From positions 930,001 to 994,000 of the forward strand of contig CP128815.1 in assembly GCA_051546255.1 (NCBI GenBank): 64,000 nt of DNA, in the 5' to 3' direction. The DNA is from Meyerozyma guilliermondii. Its lineage: Eukaryota. The position numbers were made by a program, and so were the translations under genes. The notes under the pieces are model-generated. The model ran no database searches. It was not told the DNA's origin and was given only the letters and a program-made list of their open reading frames with translations. Shown here piece after piece: positions 1 to 9,629 of this stretch (its first letter is position 1; every line of letters begins with the position of its first letter).

Positions 1-2
1 TC

Positions 3-1853
3 TGTTACCTTGCAGGTAATGCTCTTGAAAAGATTGCATCTATTTGGTTGAGGGAATTACCAGAGTATGAAAAATCGCTTTTGGAGTCTCCTGACGATGA
101 CGTTTCGACTCCCTCTGATGCACACTTCAAGTCACTTAATAATTTCATGGAGAAGCTTCTCGCATACAGGTCTATCACCAAAGCGAATGATACATTGGGA
201 GGACCTTCAATTGAACCAATTTGCAATGCTATTCTTGAGTACGCAAACTTGGTTGCAGGTTACGGCCAATTTGAGTTGGCGGACAGCTTTTTGCAATTGT
301 TACCCTCCGATTTTGCTGGTTTGAAAACAGAGAAAGATAGAATCTCTCGTGCGTCTGGCACTAAAGTTCAAGCTTCCAACACCAGAAGTACTACAAGCAA
401 GGCCACAGCTTCTCGCTCTTATGGAAAATCTCCTGTTCCAGGAGCCTCCGTTCCACCTACACTTCCAGGGAACCAAACATTTGCTCCTGCTGCACTGACC
501 CCTTATGGGGGTCTAGCTGGTCAACCGGCCGCTAGCAGTGTGTTGACTCCGGCTACTCCTTCGTTCCCATCTATGCCTCAACCACCCCAAGCTCCAGTGT
601 CGAATAGACCTCCAATTGCTTCGACTCCTTCAATCTACGGGAAGCCAGCGCCAGTGGGAAACCCATACGCACCCCAGGGAGCCACGGCTTTCAACCCTTA
701 TAAGCCACCAGCTCCAGTTGCTCCTGAACCAGTGTCCGCGCCACCTCCGGCTGTCTCTGGTCCCCCAAAGCCAGCGTACAGGCAAGAGACTGAAGGATGG
801 AATGATTTACCTGATGCATTCAAACAGAAGACGTCAACCCGTAGGGCAGCCCCAGCGGCAGTGGTGTCCCCCTCTTTGAGTCCAGCTCTTCCAGCTAATA
901 ACTTTGCACCTCCCAAGCGCAATTCTGCAGTTGCCGGACCCCCACCAAAGGGCAGTAGAAGTAGCTCAAGGACTGCGGTTCCTACTATTCCTACAGCGGC
1001 ATCACCTAGTGCACTGACAGCTCAATTGCATTCAAGATATGCTCCTCCCCAGAGCTTCAATGCTCCTACCGAGGTAAGCAACGGAAGTGGCTCACCAACC
1101 CCGCTGGTCCATGCTCCTCCAAAAAACCCATATGCTCCAGCTGCAACAAGCTCTACCAATTTGCCAAGAAATCAGTATGCGCCTCTGGTGCCTACTCCTT
1201 CCGTGCAACAACCACAGACGCCTAAGATTGGACATGCCTCAGCTACACCTAGTGGACCATCACCAAATGGACCACCCAAGAACCCATATGCTCCAACTGC
1301 TCAACAAGTCAGTATGTCTCCATCCGGAATGGTTCCACCTCGCACAGGCTCATATGGAGCAGCCCCCAGTGGAGTTACCGCACCACCTCCTCCAAAGGTT
1401 GGTGGTGTCCTCCCTCCTCCTGGTCCAGTTTTGACTCAACCTAGATCCAGAAACGCGAGTGCTGCTGCACCTGTGGAACTTACCCCTCCACCTACTAAGC
1501 CAAAGTACCCAGCTGGAGATCGGTCTCACATACCCGAAAAGTCGATTCAAATCTACACATCATTGGACAGCTTGACGCAGGCAGTGAAACCCAATGTTCC
1601 AGAGCGGTTTATCAAACATGCAGAGGATATGGAGAAACGGTTGAACTTCCTTTACGATCACTTGAATAACGACGACTTGTTGTCAGACGACGCAATTGCT
1701 GAGTTGAAAAAGGTCTGTTCTGCTGTAGAAGCCAAAGACTATGCAACAGCAACTCAATTGAATGTCGATTTCGCTACAAATCACAGCGAGCAGACGGGTA
1801 AATGGTACCCTGGTTTGAAAAGACTCATCAGTATGGCTGAGGCGACATTATAA
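3..1853 (+). CDS. SEC31: COPII coat subunit Sec31, C-terminal part (5'-truncated by window edge)
   Basis: Frame open from nt 3. Helical region, then a long Pro-rich region with GWNDLP and repeated KNPYAP, and a Sec31-type C-terminal domain (GDRSHIP...KRLNFLYDHLNN...WYPGLKRLI). Confidence 0.93.
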   Translation, partial: CYLAGNALEKIASIWLRELPEYEKSLLESPDDDVSTPSDAHFKSLNNFMEKLLAYRSITKANDTLGGPSIEPICNAILEYANLVAGYGQFELADSFLQLLPSDFAGLKTEKDRISRASGTKVQASNTRSTTSKATASRSYGKSPVPGASVPPTLPGNQTFAPAALTPYGGLAGQPAASSVLTPATPSFPSMPQPPQAPVSNRPPIASTPSIYGKPAPVGNPYAPQGATAFNPYKPPAPVAPEPVSAPPPAVSGPPKPAYRQETEGWNDLPDAFKQKTSTRRAAPAAVVSPSLSPALPANNFAPPKRNSAVAGPPPKGSRSSSRTAVPTIPTAASPSALTAQLHSRYAPPQSFNAPTEVSNGSGSPTPLVHAPPKNPYAPAATSSTNLPRNQYAPLVPTPSVQQPQTPKIGHASATPSGPSPNGPPKNPYAPTAQQVSMSPSGMVPPRTGSYGAAPSGVTAPPPPKVGGVLPPPGPVLTQPRSRNASAAAPVELTPPPTKPKYPAGDRSHIPEKSIQIYTSLDSLTQAVKPNVPERFIKHAEDMEKRLNFLYDHLNNDDLLSDDAIAELKKVCSAVEAKDYATATQLNVDFATNHSEQTGKWYPGLKRLISMAEATL

Positions 1854-1917
1854 ACTACGCAATGTGAATACTCATATAGTTGAATATCTTTTCGCTATGT
1901 AACTTTTAAAATGAAAA

Positions 1918-4900
1918 TCATTTGTCATAAAAGACAACTTCGTAGAGTTTTGCTCCACCTATCGATCCATCAGTTGGTTCCGTATCGTGAATTCCAGAAA
2001 CTTCAATTAACAAAAATTGTGCTTGAACAGCTTCTGGGAATCTGAACTGTGTGAGGTTGATTCGATCCGGTACTTCTACTGATGCATATTCCTTGGGATC
2101 AAATGGTGCTGTAACATCCACCTTAGTTTGCAAAACTTGAGTGAATACATCAGACTGGTTAACAATGTCGTGAACTCTTGAATACTTGTATCTCTCATGG
2201 ACATCAGTACCAAAATCCACCAGTCCTAAGATTGATGAAACATTACTCAAGGGAACATTATAGTTGAATGAAGACAAAGAACATGAAGTTGGCGGTTTGT
2301 CTCCCCAGTTTATATATCCACCTGTCAAGTTTCTGGTTTTTTTGAAATCAGCTAAGATCTTGGCAGTGGAATCATTGTAATTTGCCTGCCAATGAGTTGT
2401 ATTGTCTCCATCATTGATTAGCAATGGCACATCTCCAAAGGAGCCTTCTGTGATGTTGTAAAAGGAAGCTGAGCCACATTCTGATATACTGCCAGGTATT
2501 GATACTTGAGTTTCGAATAATGGGAAGGTCAAACTCTTGCCAGACTGAAGTTCATATTTGCCATGTTTAACGTTCCTCTTACCGATCCTCAAGTTGATGG
2601 TTTTCGGAGCACCAGATTCGCTCAAAAGGTCTTTGACTGTAAATGATGTTTCATTTATAGCCAAAGAGAGGGTATGACCCATGTACTTCACTCCTGATAT
2701 TTGAATACCTCCGGGCAAACATGGTAATGCAATAGGATCCAATCTTAAGATCCTCAGTATTTTTTCATCAACCATCTCGAAATCATACCTGAAGCCCATT
2801 AACCCGTGGAGAATAGCTTGAATAAATCCACCATGTGCTGTTAAAAAGGGAAATGCTGGATGCGTTCCACCGTTAGTTAAGAAATTGTCATTATTTTGCT
2901 CCAGGAATTGGGCAAATGGACCACGCAAGAATGGCTGTACAGATTTGCGTAGGTATGCTTGTGAGGCACATCCTCTTTCCGATAAGTCTGAAGCAACGAT
3001 AGAGAAGATGGGGAATGTCATTGCTGGACCATAGCTGACCTGTTTTAAGGAGTATAGTTCCATGTTTGTGTATGCTTGCTCATCGGATATCAATTCATTT
3101 TCGAATGGATAGGTTAACATGATCACATCAGCCTGCTTTATAGCTGCAGAGGAGTTCATTCCAGTGTACTCTAATGTAGCCCTTTGATCGTTATTGGCTT
3201 CAGGAAGATGCATGTTACCGACGATAATATCAAACGAGCTTGGGTATTCCTTGTTCAAATGTTTGGCAACGGCAATAGCCCATTTCATGTTCACGGATAT
3301 ACCTGCATTTGTATAAGCGCCATTGTCCACATGATTAGCATACTCGTCAGGGTCAGTCAAGTTTTTAGTAGTGAACTGCTTGAGAGTATCGTTATACTCA
3401 ACATAGTCGGAGAGAAATTGAGCAGAATCTTGAATTAATGGCAATGCAGTTTCTTCGAGAAACTTGTCATCACCAGCACCACTCAAATAATACTCCCATG
3501 CAGCCCTTGCAACTGCAATATTTATGTGATATTCATAGTCGAAGCAAGGGCCTGTAGCTGTACAGTTTCCATACCTTCCACTTGTCCAGGGATATGCAGC
3601 TCCATTGAAGTCTGGACGATAATCTCTAACATTCTGAAGTGCCTGTTCATGAGTGTGGACTCTGTAATTTATGATACTTTTTGCATGATCCGGAAAGAAT
3701 GGAAGTATTCCATTCATCATCCATAAATCGGTATCCCAAAATACCATACCTCCATAAGAGTCAGACGATAACCCTCCTACACCGAGAGCTGCTGAGACTC
3801 CCTTTGCGTCCAGCCGAGTGTTCGCAGCCATATGGTAGATCGATGCTCTGCTGGCTAAAGTAATCATCCTGTCGTCAGGTACCGTGACTGAAAGGACCGA
3901 ACCATAAAGCTTATCCCAAGCTAATCTATGTGTCGAAAGTGCCTTTGCTCCCGAAGAATATTTGAAGGCTGCCAGTTTGGCAGCTTCTAATGTAGAATTG
4001 GCAGACAGATATTTTGATTCGTCCAAGTCTGAGGAGACGATGCCAGCAAATTTGACAACACTAATATTGTCGTTGGGTTTGATTTGAAACGTTTGGGTAT
4101 TTTCGACGGATGTACCTGATGACTTCATGTCTTCTTGTTCCGGCTTGGTTGATACCTTCAATCTGGAGTAGATCGCAGCATTAACCTGATCAAGCAACAG
4201 TGGCTGAAACTGGATAAAAATACCATCATCGTCGCTACCGACGTCCACAAGCTGGCACCTCAGAGAGGTTTTGAAATCAAGCTCGTCCTTCACATCAATG
4301 CTTATTTCCTCGCTTCCAAGATTTGCAACTTGAAGGTTCACCAAGCCTAATGATGTGTCCTCACGATGTGCTATAATGTCATACCGTACGTAGATGTCAT
4401 CGAGCCAGACAAATTCTGTGGTTACAATACCATCAGAGAAGGACATGGTCTGCAGGTAATTCTTGATGGTGGATTCCAAATGCTCCAGATTTGCAGGGTT
4501 GAGCTCATACTGGCGGCCATCCTTCTCGGTTGAAATAGAAAGAGAAGTCCATTGAGGAACTGCAGCAATGACACTTTCATAGCCATTCTCTAAGAGCTCT
4601 GGAAAATTTGTTCCCGTTGTGTTCTTCTGGATATCATAAAATCCTGCAATGAAGGCACCAGCGAAACGTTTGTTGAACAATGGCCAACCGTTGGAGAGAT
4701 CGTCCTTGGTAGCTTCTGAGGAATCACTCTGCTGATCGAGGGTATAACCTTGACCCAAATTTGGGATACGACTTCCAATGTAACCGTTCGATACGTATGG
4801 CTGGCGCTGGTACTGGTTGAACATAGGGAAGCTAGCTGTACCCACCGTGTTTGAACCGAGGTCAAAGAAGTAATTGTGGTTTAAACCTTCGAGCTGAACA

Positions 4901-5367
4901 AATAAATCCTGGTTTAGCTTGTCATTTATAACGTCAAAGAGTGCCAGTCTTCGTTCAGCCAAACTGTCTCGTGTAATCTTGGAGGTCTGTGACCATGTAA
5001 GGTTGTCATCCTTCAATGGAAACGCATTTGAAAGAGACGTGAACCAAAGATGGAGCACGAAAAGTATAATTATATCGGAAATAATCATGATTTGTATAAT
5101 CTTGCGCCGTCGGTAAATAAACAGGGTTATGTATTGAAGCGCTCTGGAGAATGTAGAAGCCAGATTCTCGGTAGTTTGCTTATGTTGGCCCAATTCAGGG
5201 TTTGGTTTAAGATTGAATTCACGTGGAGTGGAGGAGTTCAATAATTGATCTTCTAATGCAAGTTGAGTATCTTGAATCTGGGGAAATCTTGGGTCACTAT
5301 TGTCGCTGGGCAGGCCAACAGGTATGTAATGCGACCATTTCAGCAGTTGCTTGCTATTTATACTCAT
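1918..5367 (-). CDS. ATH1: Acid trehalase, GH65, with N-terminal TM anchor
   Basis: GH65 motifs RQPYVSNGYIGSR, YGGMVFWDTDLW, TDPDEYANHVDN, IKQADV, GPAMT, HPAFPFLT; hydrophobic segment near residues 90-110. Called ATC1 in Candida. Confidence 0.95.
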   Translation of the reverse strand: MSINSKQLLKWSHYIPVGLPSDNSDPRFPQIQDTQLALEDQLLNSSTPREFNLKPNPELGQHKQTTENLASTFSRALQYITLFIYRRRKIIQIMIISDIIILFVLHLWFTSLSNAFPLKDDNLTWSQTSKITRDSLAERRLALFDVINDKLNQDLFVQLEGLNHNYFFDLGSNTVGTASFPMFNQYQRQPYVSNGYIGSRIPNLGQGYTLDQQSDSSEATKDDLSNGWPLFNKRFAGAFIAGFYDIQKNTTGTNFPELLENGYESVIAAVPQWTSLSISTEKDGRQYELNPANLEHLESTIKNYLQTMSFSDGIVTTEFVWLDDIYVRYDIIAHREDTSLGLVNLQVANLGSEEISIDVKDELDFKTSLRCQLVDVGSDDDGIFIQFQPLLLDQVNAAIYSRLKVSTKPEQEDMKSSGTSVENTQTFQIKPNDNISVVKFAGIVSSDLDESKYLSANSTLEAAKLAAFKYSSGAKALSTHRLAWDKLYGSVLSVTVPDDRMITLASRASIYHMAANTRLDAKGVSAALGVGGLSSDSYGGMVFWDTDLWMMNGILPFFPDHAKSIINYRVHTHEQALQNVRDYRPDFNGAAYPWTSGRYGNCTATGPCFDYEYHINIAVARAAWEYYLSGAGDDKFLEETALPLIQDSAQFLSDYVEYNDTLKQFTTKNLTDPDEYANHVDNGAYTNAGISVNMKWAIAVAKHLNKEYPSSFDIIVGNMHLPEANNDQRATLEYTGMNSSAAIKQADVIMLTYPFENELISDEQAYTNMELYSLKQVSYGPAMTFPIFSIVASDLSERGCASQAYLRKSVQPFLRGPFAQFLEQNNDNFLTNGGTHPAFPFLTAHGGFIQAILHGLMGFRYDFEMVDEKILRILRLDPIALPCLPGGIQISGVKYMGHTLSLAINETSFTVKDLLSESGAPKTINLRIGKRNVKHGKYELQSGKSLTFPLFETQVSIPGSISECGSASFYNITEGSFGDVPLLINDGDNTTHWQANYNDSTAKILADFKKTRNLTGGYINWGDKPPTSCSLSSFNYNVPLSNVSSILGLVDFGTDVHERYKYSRVHDIVNQSDVFTQVLQTKVDVTAPFDPKEYASVEVPDRINLTQFRFPEAVQAQFLLIEVSGIHDTEPTDGSIGGAKLYEVVFYDK

Positions 5368-5651
5368 AGCATATCACGCAAATGTAACGCACAATGTTAA
5401 AGAAAGCCGAAAACGGATCCAAACATCTGCACCATCAAAGGAAACTATGAGGGGATTATGCAGCCAGAAGAGCCGATCAATAATGCAGGTCGAAAAAAAT
5501 CCCGAGAATCGTTACTGAAGTGCCAAGGTTAATGGGGTTGCGGCTCAACTTCGCAACTATAATGTAATGATGCGTGCGGCGATGCGGTTAAAGTTGTGGG
5601 GTTCGGTTATAATATTTCTTACAACTAGTGGTACAGAGTGTAGTATACATA

Positions 5652-7088
5652 TTAGTCTTGTGGGATTCTTGTGAGTCCTCGAAGTAACTGCTTTGTAGTT
5701 GGGGCTGGGTTTGTTGGTTTGCTCATATACTTCTTGAGAAGTTGTGAAAGTTGCGGGTTGAATTGTTGATGTTGAAGTTTCCCCACAAGTTCCAGAGCCC
5801 GGTCTAGTCGATACGAATTATGATATAATTTATCGACGGCCGCTTCCACCTCGTGTGCTACCTGATGTGATGAGATTTCATGAGAGAATTTCTCGAGGTC
5901 GTCAAGTAAAGTGCCTTCGAGTACCGTTGAATCGTAAGTCGATGCCGTAGATGGGTCCAATGCGACATCAGTGTCTTTGATTTTAGATTGTTCAAGAGGC
6001 GCAATGGCCTTTTGGTAGCTGGTGCGCCACTGCTGCTGCTCGTTTATAAGGTCTTGTAGTTTGTTCTTGAACGTGGCTAGGTTCTTTTCGTTTTGGATGT
6101 TGAGTGGATTGGGCAAGGTGATTTCAGGTATATCTTCATTGTCGTCTCCCCGATTATACCAGTTTACGTTTATTTCCCCCAGTACCAACTGCTGTAGTAC
6201 CTCGTCCTTGATGACTTTTGCAATGTTAACCACTGTTTGGTCGTCGTTGGAGGTTCGTTGATCCTCTTCCTGAAGTCGTTTTCGCATGGTCCAAACTAAT
6301 AGTTGGCGCATTCGCTGAGGCTCAGGAAGATCAGAATTTAATAGTTTGTAGTAGTCGCTGGGACTCACATCGTCGTGTGGTAATCCTTCAAATCCATTGC
6401 CAATCGACGATAATCGTTTACCTCGATTATAATAAGACGATCGTCTACGATTGCCCGGCTTCGATCGCTTGGAAGGTCCAGCAAGCTGGATCCGCTCGTG
6501 GGATACCTGCTCCACATATTCGTCCGATGAGAAATCGTCCGGAATTTCAGTCACAAACTTGGGCAGCCGGATGGGCGACGAAAGCTGGGGTTGTTTCTTG
6601 AGATTTTCGGTGCGCAGAAGCTTTTGAGTCGTTGGCTTTCTACCTCTAGTAGCAGCAGTTTTGGGCCTTTGTTGACGTTTCTTTGGAACAACCACCGAAT
6701 TAACACCGTCTAAATCGTCATATTCTTCCTCAAGCTGCCTCACTTCCCGTTCTAAACGTTCCATGGCTCCGTTCCGTCGGTCACTTTGTTGCAGTCCGCG
6801 TTTATATTTGAACCCATCGTCCTTCTCGAAACTCAGTCTTCGTCTGCTAGAGTCTTGCGAGCTGTTATTCCGGATCATCTCCGTCAATCGGTTCGGTTTG
6901 TGAAGAATCAGACTCATTTGTGATCGCAGCTGACTCGATTGATTGTGGTCTAGAACTGCGTGGGCGGCCTCAATCAACTCCAGTTGACTTGCAAGCTGTA
7001 CAGGAGAGCGCACGGGCTCCTTTTTCCTTGCTCGTGGCTTCCGACCGGGTTTTTTTGGGTCCTGTGGTTGTCGTCTCTTGGGCCCCAT
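5652..7088 (-). CDS. DSN1: MIND/Mis12 kinetochore subunit Dsn1/Mis13
   Basis: RRRSSY..RGKRLSSIG basic/Aurora-site segment, PH.DV...DYYK...LPEPQRMRQLLVW, PNPLNIQN. Start set at MGPKRR (ATG 7088); an upstream in-frame ATG also exists. Confidence 0.85.
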   Translation of the reverse strand: MGPKRRQPQDPKKPGRKPRARKKEPVRSPVQLASQLELIEAAHAVLDHNQSSQLRSQMSLILHKPNRLTEMIRNNSSQDSSRRRLSFEKDDGFKYKRGLQQSDRRNGAMERLEREVRQLEEEYDDLDGVNSVVVPKKRQQRPKTAATRGRKPTTQKLLRTENLKKQPQLSSPIRLPKFVTEIPDDFSSDEYVEQVSHERIQLAGPSKRSKPGNRRRSSYYNRGKRLSSIGNGFEGLPHDDVSPSDYYKLLNSDLPEPQRMRQLLVWTMRKRLQEEDQRTSNDDQTVVNIAKVIKDEVLQQLVLGEINVNWYNRGDDNEDIPEITLPNPLNIQNEKNLATFKNKLQDLINEQQQWRTSYQKAIAPLEQSKIKDTDVALDPSTASTYDSTVLEGTLLDDLEKFSHEISSHQVAHEVEAAVDKLYHNSYRLDRALELVGKLQHQQFNPQLSQLLKKYMSKPTNPAPTTKQLLRGLTRIPQD

Positions 7089-7255
7089 CTTGTTTGTTTG
7101 TTGTTCTTCCTGTATGTGATTTGGTGCGAAGTTGGAATCGCGATGATTTTGTGTTGAGAAGATTGGCATAACCACCAAATACCTATTGACCACCAAAAAA
7201 CTTTGGAACAAGGAATTCCATCCATGCTACACCGTCACCTCGAAAACTGTATAAT

Positions 7256-8911
7256 ATGATGTCTTCATATAAGCAAAAAGTGGTTTCTGTACCTTCGCCA
7301 TGTGCTTCCATGATCGCGTTTTGCAACTTGGTGACTCTAACAATCCATATAAGACCCATTGAAGGCCATAATTCTTATAAAGAGCTTACTATTGACATTT
7401 TGGATGATCTTGAGCAACACACAAGCGTTCGTGAAGGAAATACAACAAGTCATTCCTCACCCAAAATCACCCAAGTTGAATGGGAATTCTGCTTACCAGA
7501 TACTAAAGCATCCAAAATTGGCGTTTTGATTGAAACTTACGCAATGTTGTTGGTATACGATATCCGTGAGCAATCACCGCCTCTAATCATTCGCCAAACT
7601 CGCGTAGATGGCTTGTGCAAATTCCAGTGGATTCCTCCTATAATAGATGAAGCGCCAGAAGGTGCCTATATCAATTGCAAGCAATTGTTGTTGTTTACTG
7701 ATAACTACCTACATGCAAAGTTATATTCTTTGGACTGTACCACCATCCTGTGGACAATTGAAACCCCAGTACCAAACTCGGGCATCATTGTAAAGCCTTG
7801 TCTGAAAAACAGAATATGGACATTAGTTGGCGAGCAGATACTGACAACTTCACATCCTCCAGTGGTTTACTTGTTCTTCAATTTTGGTTCCGAAAGCAGT
7901 TTGTTCCATACTTTTGAATTGACTGACGAAGAATCGACTACTCGTCTTTGTGCGCCAGAGCTAAGTTGGTCTCAATCTGGTAATTGGCTCCTTGACTTTT
8001 CCACAAATGAATGTCTTTTTGGATTTTGCATGGATTTATACAATTCTCTTGGTCTTGGTACAACGTCACAAAGTATTGGTTCAGGGTTGGAAATCCGCAA
8101 AGGTACTCCAGTAGCCACTTTAAATTGGCTTACTGACGGTATTCATCAAGGTTCTGCAGGTGCTACCAAAAGTTTGGTGACTTATGGAGCTTTAAACTAT
8201 TTATCACTGTGGGTACAACTTGCAAATTCTGAAGTGGTAGTGATCGCCAGTTTGTTGGATGGACAAGTAGAGCTACTTTGCTACTCAGTCTTGAAACTTC
8301 GGCTAACAAAAGTTGCATTCCTGAACGCTAATATTCGTTACGTTTGGCAACAGCATGGTTCCACGGTGCGCAAAGTTATCACCAAGGGCGTTCAACTAGA
8401 AGATTTGAATGCCATTAACTCGCTGAATCATTGTTTGTCGATAACTTGCCATGATACTATTCTCGTATACGTTTTGAGTGAAACGGAAACAGTACAATTC
8501 GATCACAAGAGCACTTTGAAATTTACAGAGCCAATTGATGCCGTGATCCATTTAAAAGATTCTGCGCAGAATGCTATGATAGTTGTTGCTGGTCAATACA
8601 TCATAGCGTACCTGGTCGAGAGAGATAGTGTACAAGTTTTGTTCGAAAGCTCAATTATTCACGATACACTTGTGTATGAGCAAGACAACAAGTGCACCAT
8701 TTTGATAAAAGTTGCTAACGAGGGTCTCAAGAGCGATTGGTATTCGATGAATGTTGCTTATGAGGAGCTTCTACGTGACGAGCCAACCATTACAAGTGTC
8801 AAGCACCGTCCACCAACCCAAGATTCGAGAAGTCGCTGGCAGCGATTACACTTGCCTAGTATAACGAACGACGATATCACCGACACATTTGGATTAAAGA
8901 GTCGCTCCTAG
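7256..8911 (+). CDS. Divergent beta-propeller protein, WDR8/WRAP73-like
   Basis: 551-aa ORF. N-terminal segments (PSP...IAF; ITQVEW; LLVYDI; GL..FQW; QLLLFTDNYLHAKLYSL...IETP; LSWSQSGNWL) follow the order of WRAP73 N-terminal repeats as I recall them. Confidence 0.5.
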   Translation: MMSSYKQKVVSVPSPCASMIAFCNLVTLTIHIRPIEGHNSYKELTIDILDDLEQHTSVREGNTTSHSSPKITQVEWEFCLPDTKASKIGVLIETYAMLLVYDIREQSPPLIIRQTRVDGLCKFQWIPPIIDEAPEGAYINCKQLLLFTDNYLHAKLYSLDCTTILWTIETPVPNSGIIVKPCLKNRIWTLVGEQILTTSHPPVVYLFFNFGSESSLFHTFELTDEESTTRLCAPELSWSQSGNWLLDFSTNECLFGFCMDLYNSLGLGTTSQSIGSGLEIRKGTPVATLNWLTDGIHQGSAGATKSLVTYGALNYLSLWVQLANSEVVVIASLLDGQVELLCYSVLKLRLTKVAFLNANIRYVWQQHGSTVRKVITKGVQLEDLNAINSLNHCLSITCHDTILVYVLSETETVQFDHKSTLKFTEPIDAVIHLKDSAQNAMIVVAGQYIIAYLVERDSVQVLFESSIIHDTLVYEQDNKCTILIKVANEGLKSDWYSMNVAYEELLRDEPTITSVKHRPPTQDSRSRWQRLHLPSITNDDITDTFGLKSRS

Positions 8912-8973
8912 CCATATTTACTTGAGCATAAGCTCGGCCCGGTAAATTATGTATTTATTCGTCACTATGTACA

Positions 8974-9282
8974 TTAGCTTGTCTTCTTCTTTGGAGCACC
9001 CTTATTTCTCTTCTTTCTATCTCTCACCATCTTGAGTCTGTATTCCTCCTTTGGATCCGTCAACTGAAGCTCGGGAAACCACTCTTTGAAGTCTTTGAAC
9101 GTTGGCATGTCGTCGTTATTACCGTAATAGGATGCTACTTGTGGACCTTTCAAAGGTGCCCGTAACACCTTGGCACCATTTCTGACTCTATTGGGGTTCC
9201 ATTGGTTCTGGAATATGTCCGCAGCCAACTTTTTGACCTCCATCAATCGGGTCTTTGACGGTAACCCTTTCAATATCGACAT
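8974..9282 (-). CDS. RSM27: Mitochondrial ribosomal small-subunit protein mS33
   Basis: IF.Q.WNP...RNGAKVLRAPLKGP.VASYY and C-terminal RKKRNKGAPKK; adjacent to CCH1 as in S. cerevisiae. Confidence 0.92.
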   Translation of the reverse strand: MSILKGLPSKTRLMEVKKLAADIFQNQWNPNRVRNGAKVLRAPLKGPQVASYYGNNDDMPTFKDFKEWFPELQLTDPKEEYRLKMVRDRKKRNKGAPKKKTS

Positions 9283-9629
9283 GGTGAGTTCGCAGTGGTG
9301 GAAATTTTCCCAATATGCTTTGATGCGGCACGATGTGTTTTCCTGCAGACAGTGTGCATCATGCTAAGGCATAGCCCTAGTTCCCTAGACTTTTCAATCT
9401 AAATTTAGCAAAGCTCAAGCTAATCTTTATACCTGTTGCTTACAGACTTTGAGGGCTACTATCTAATACGCCACTGTTCCTTCTTCCGTTTCTGGCTATT
9501 GCTCCACTTGAATCCTTAATTAGACACGCGGAGCGTAAATCCTGAGAAGGTGTCTGCCGCGGAATCTATAACTTATAGTTTCTGAAGACAAGTTGCTGGC
9601 GATTTTCATAGCAGAGTTCTTCTTCATAC

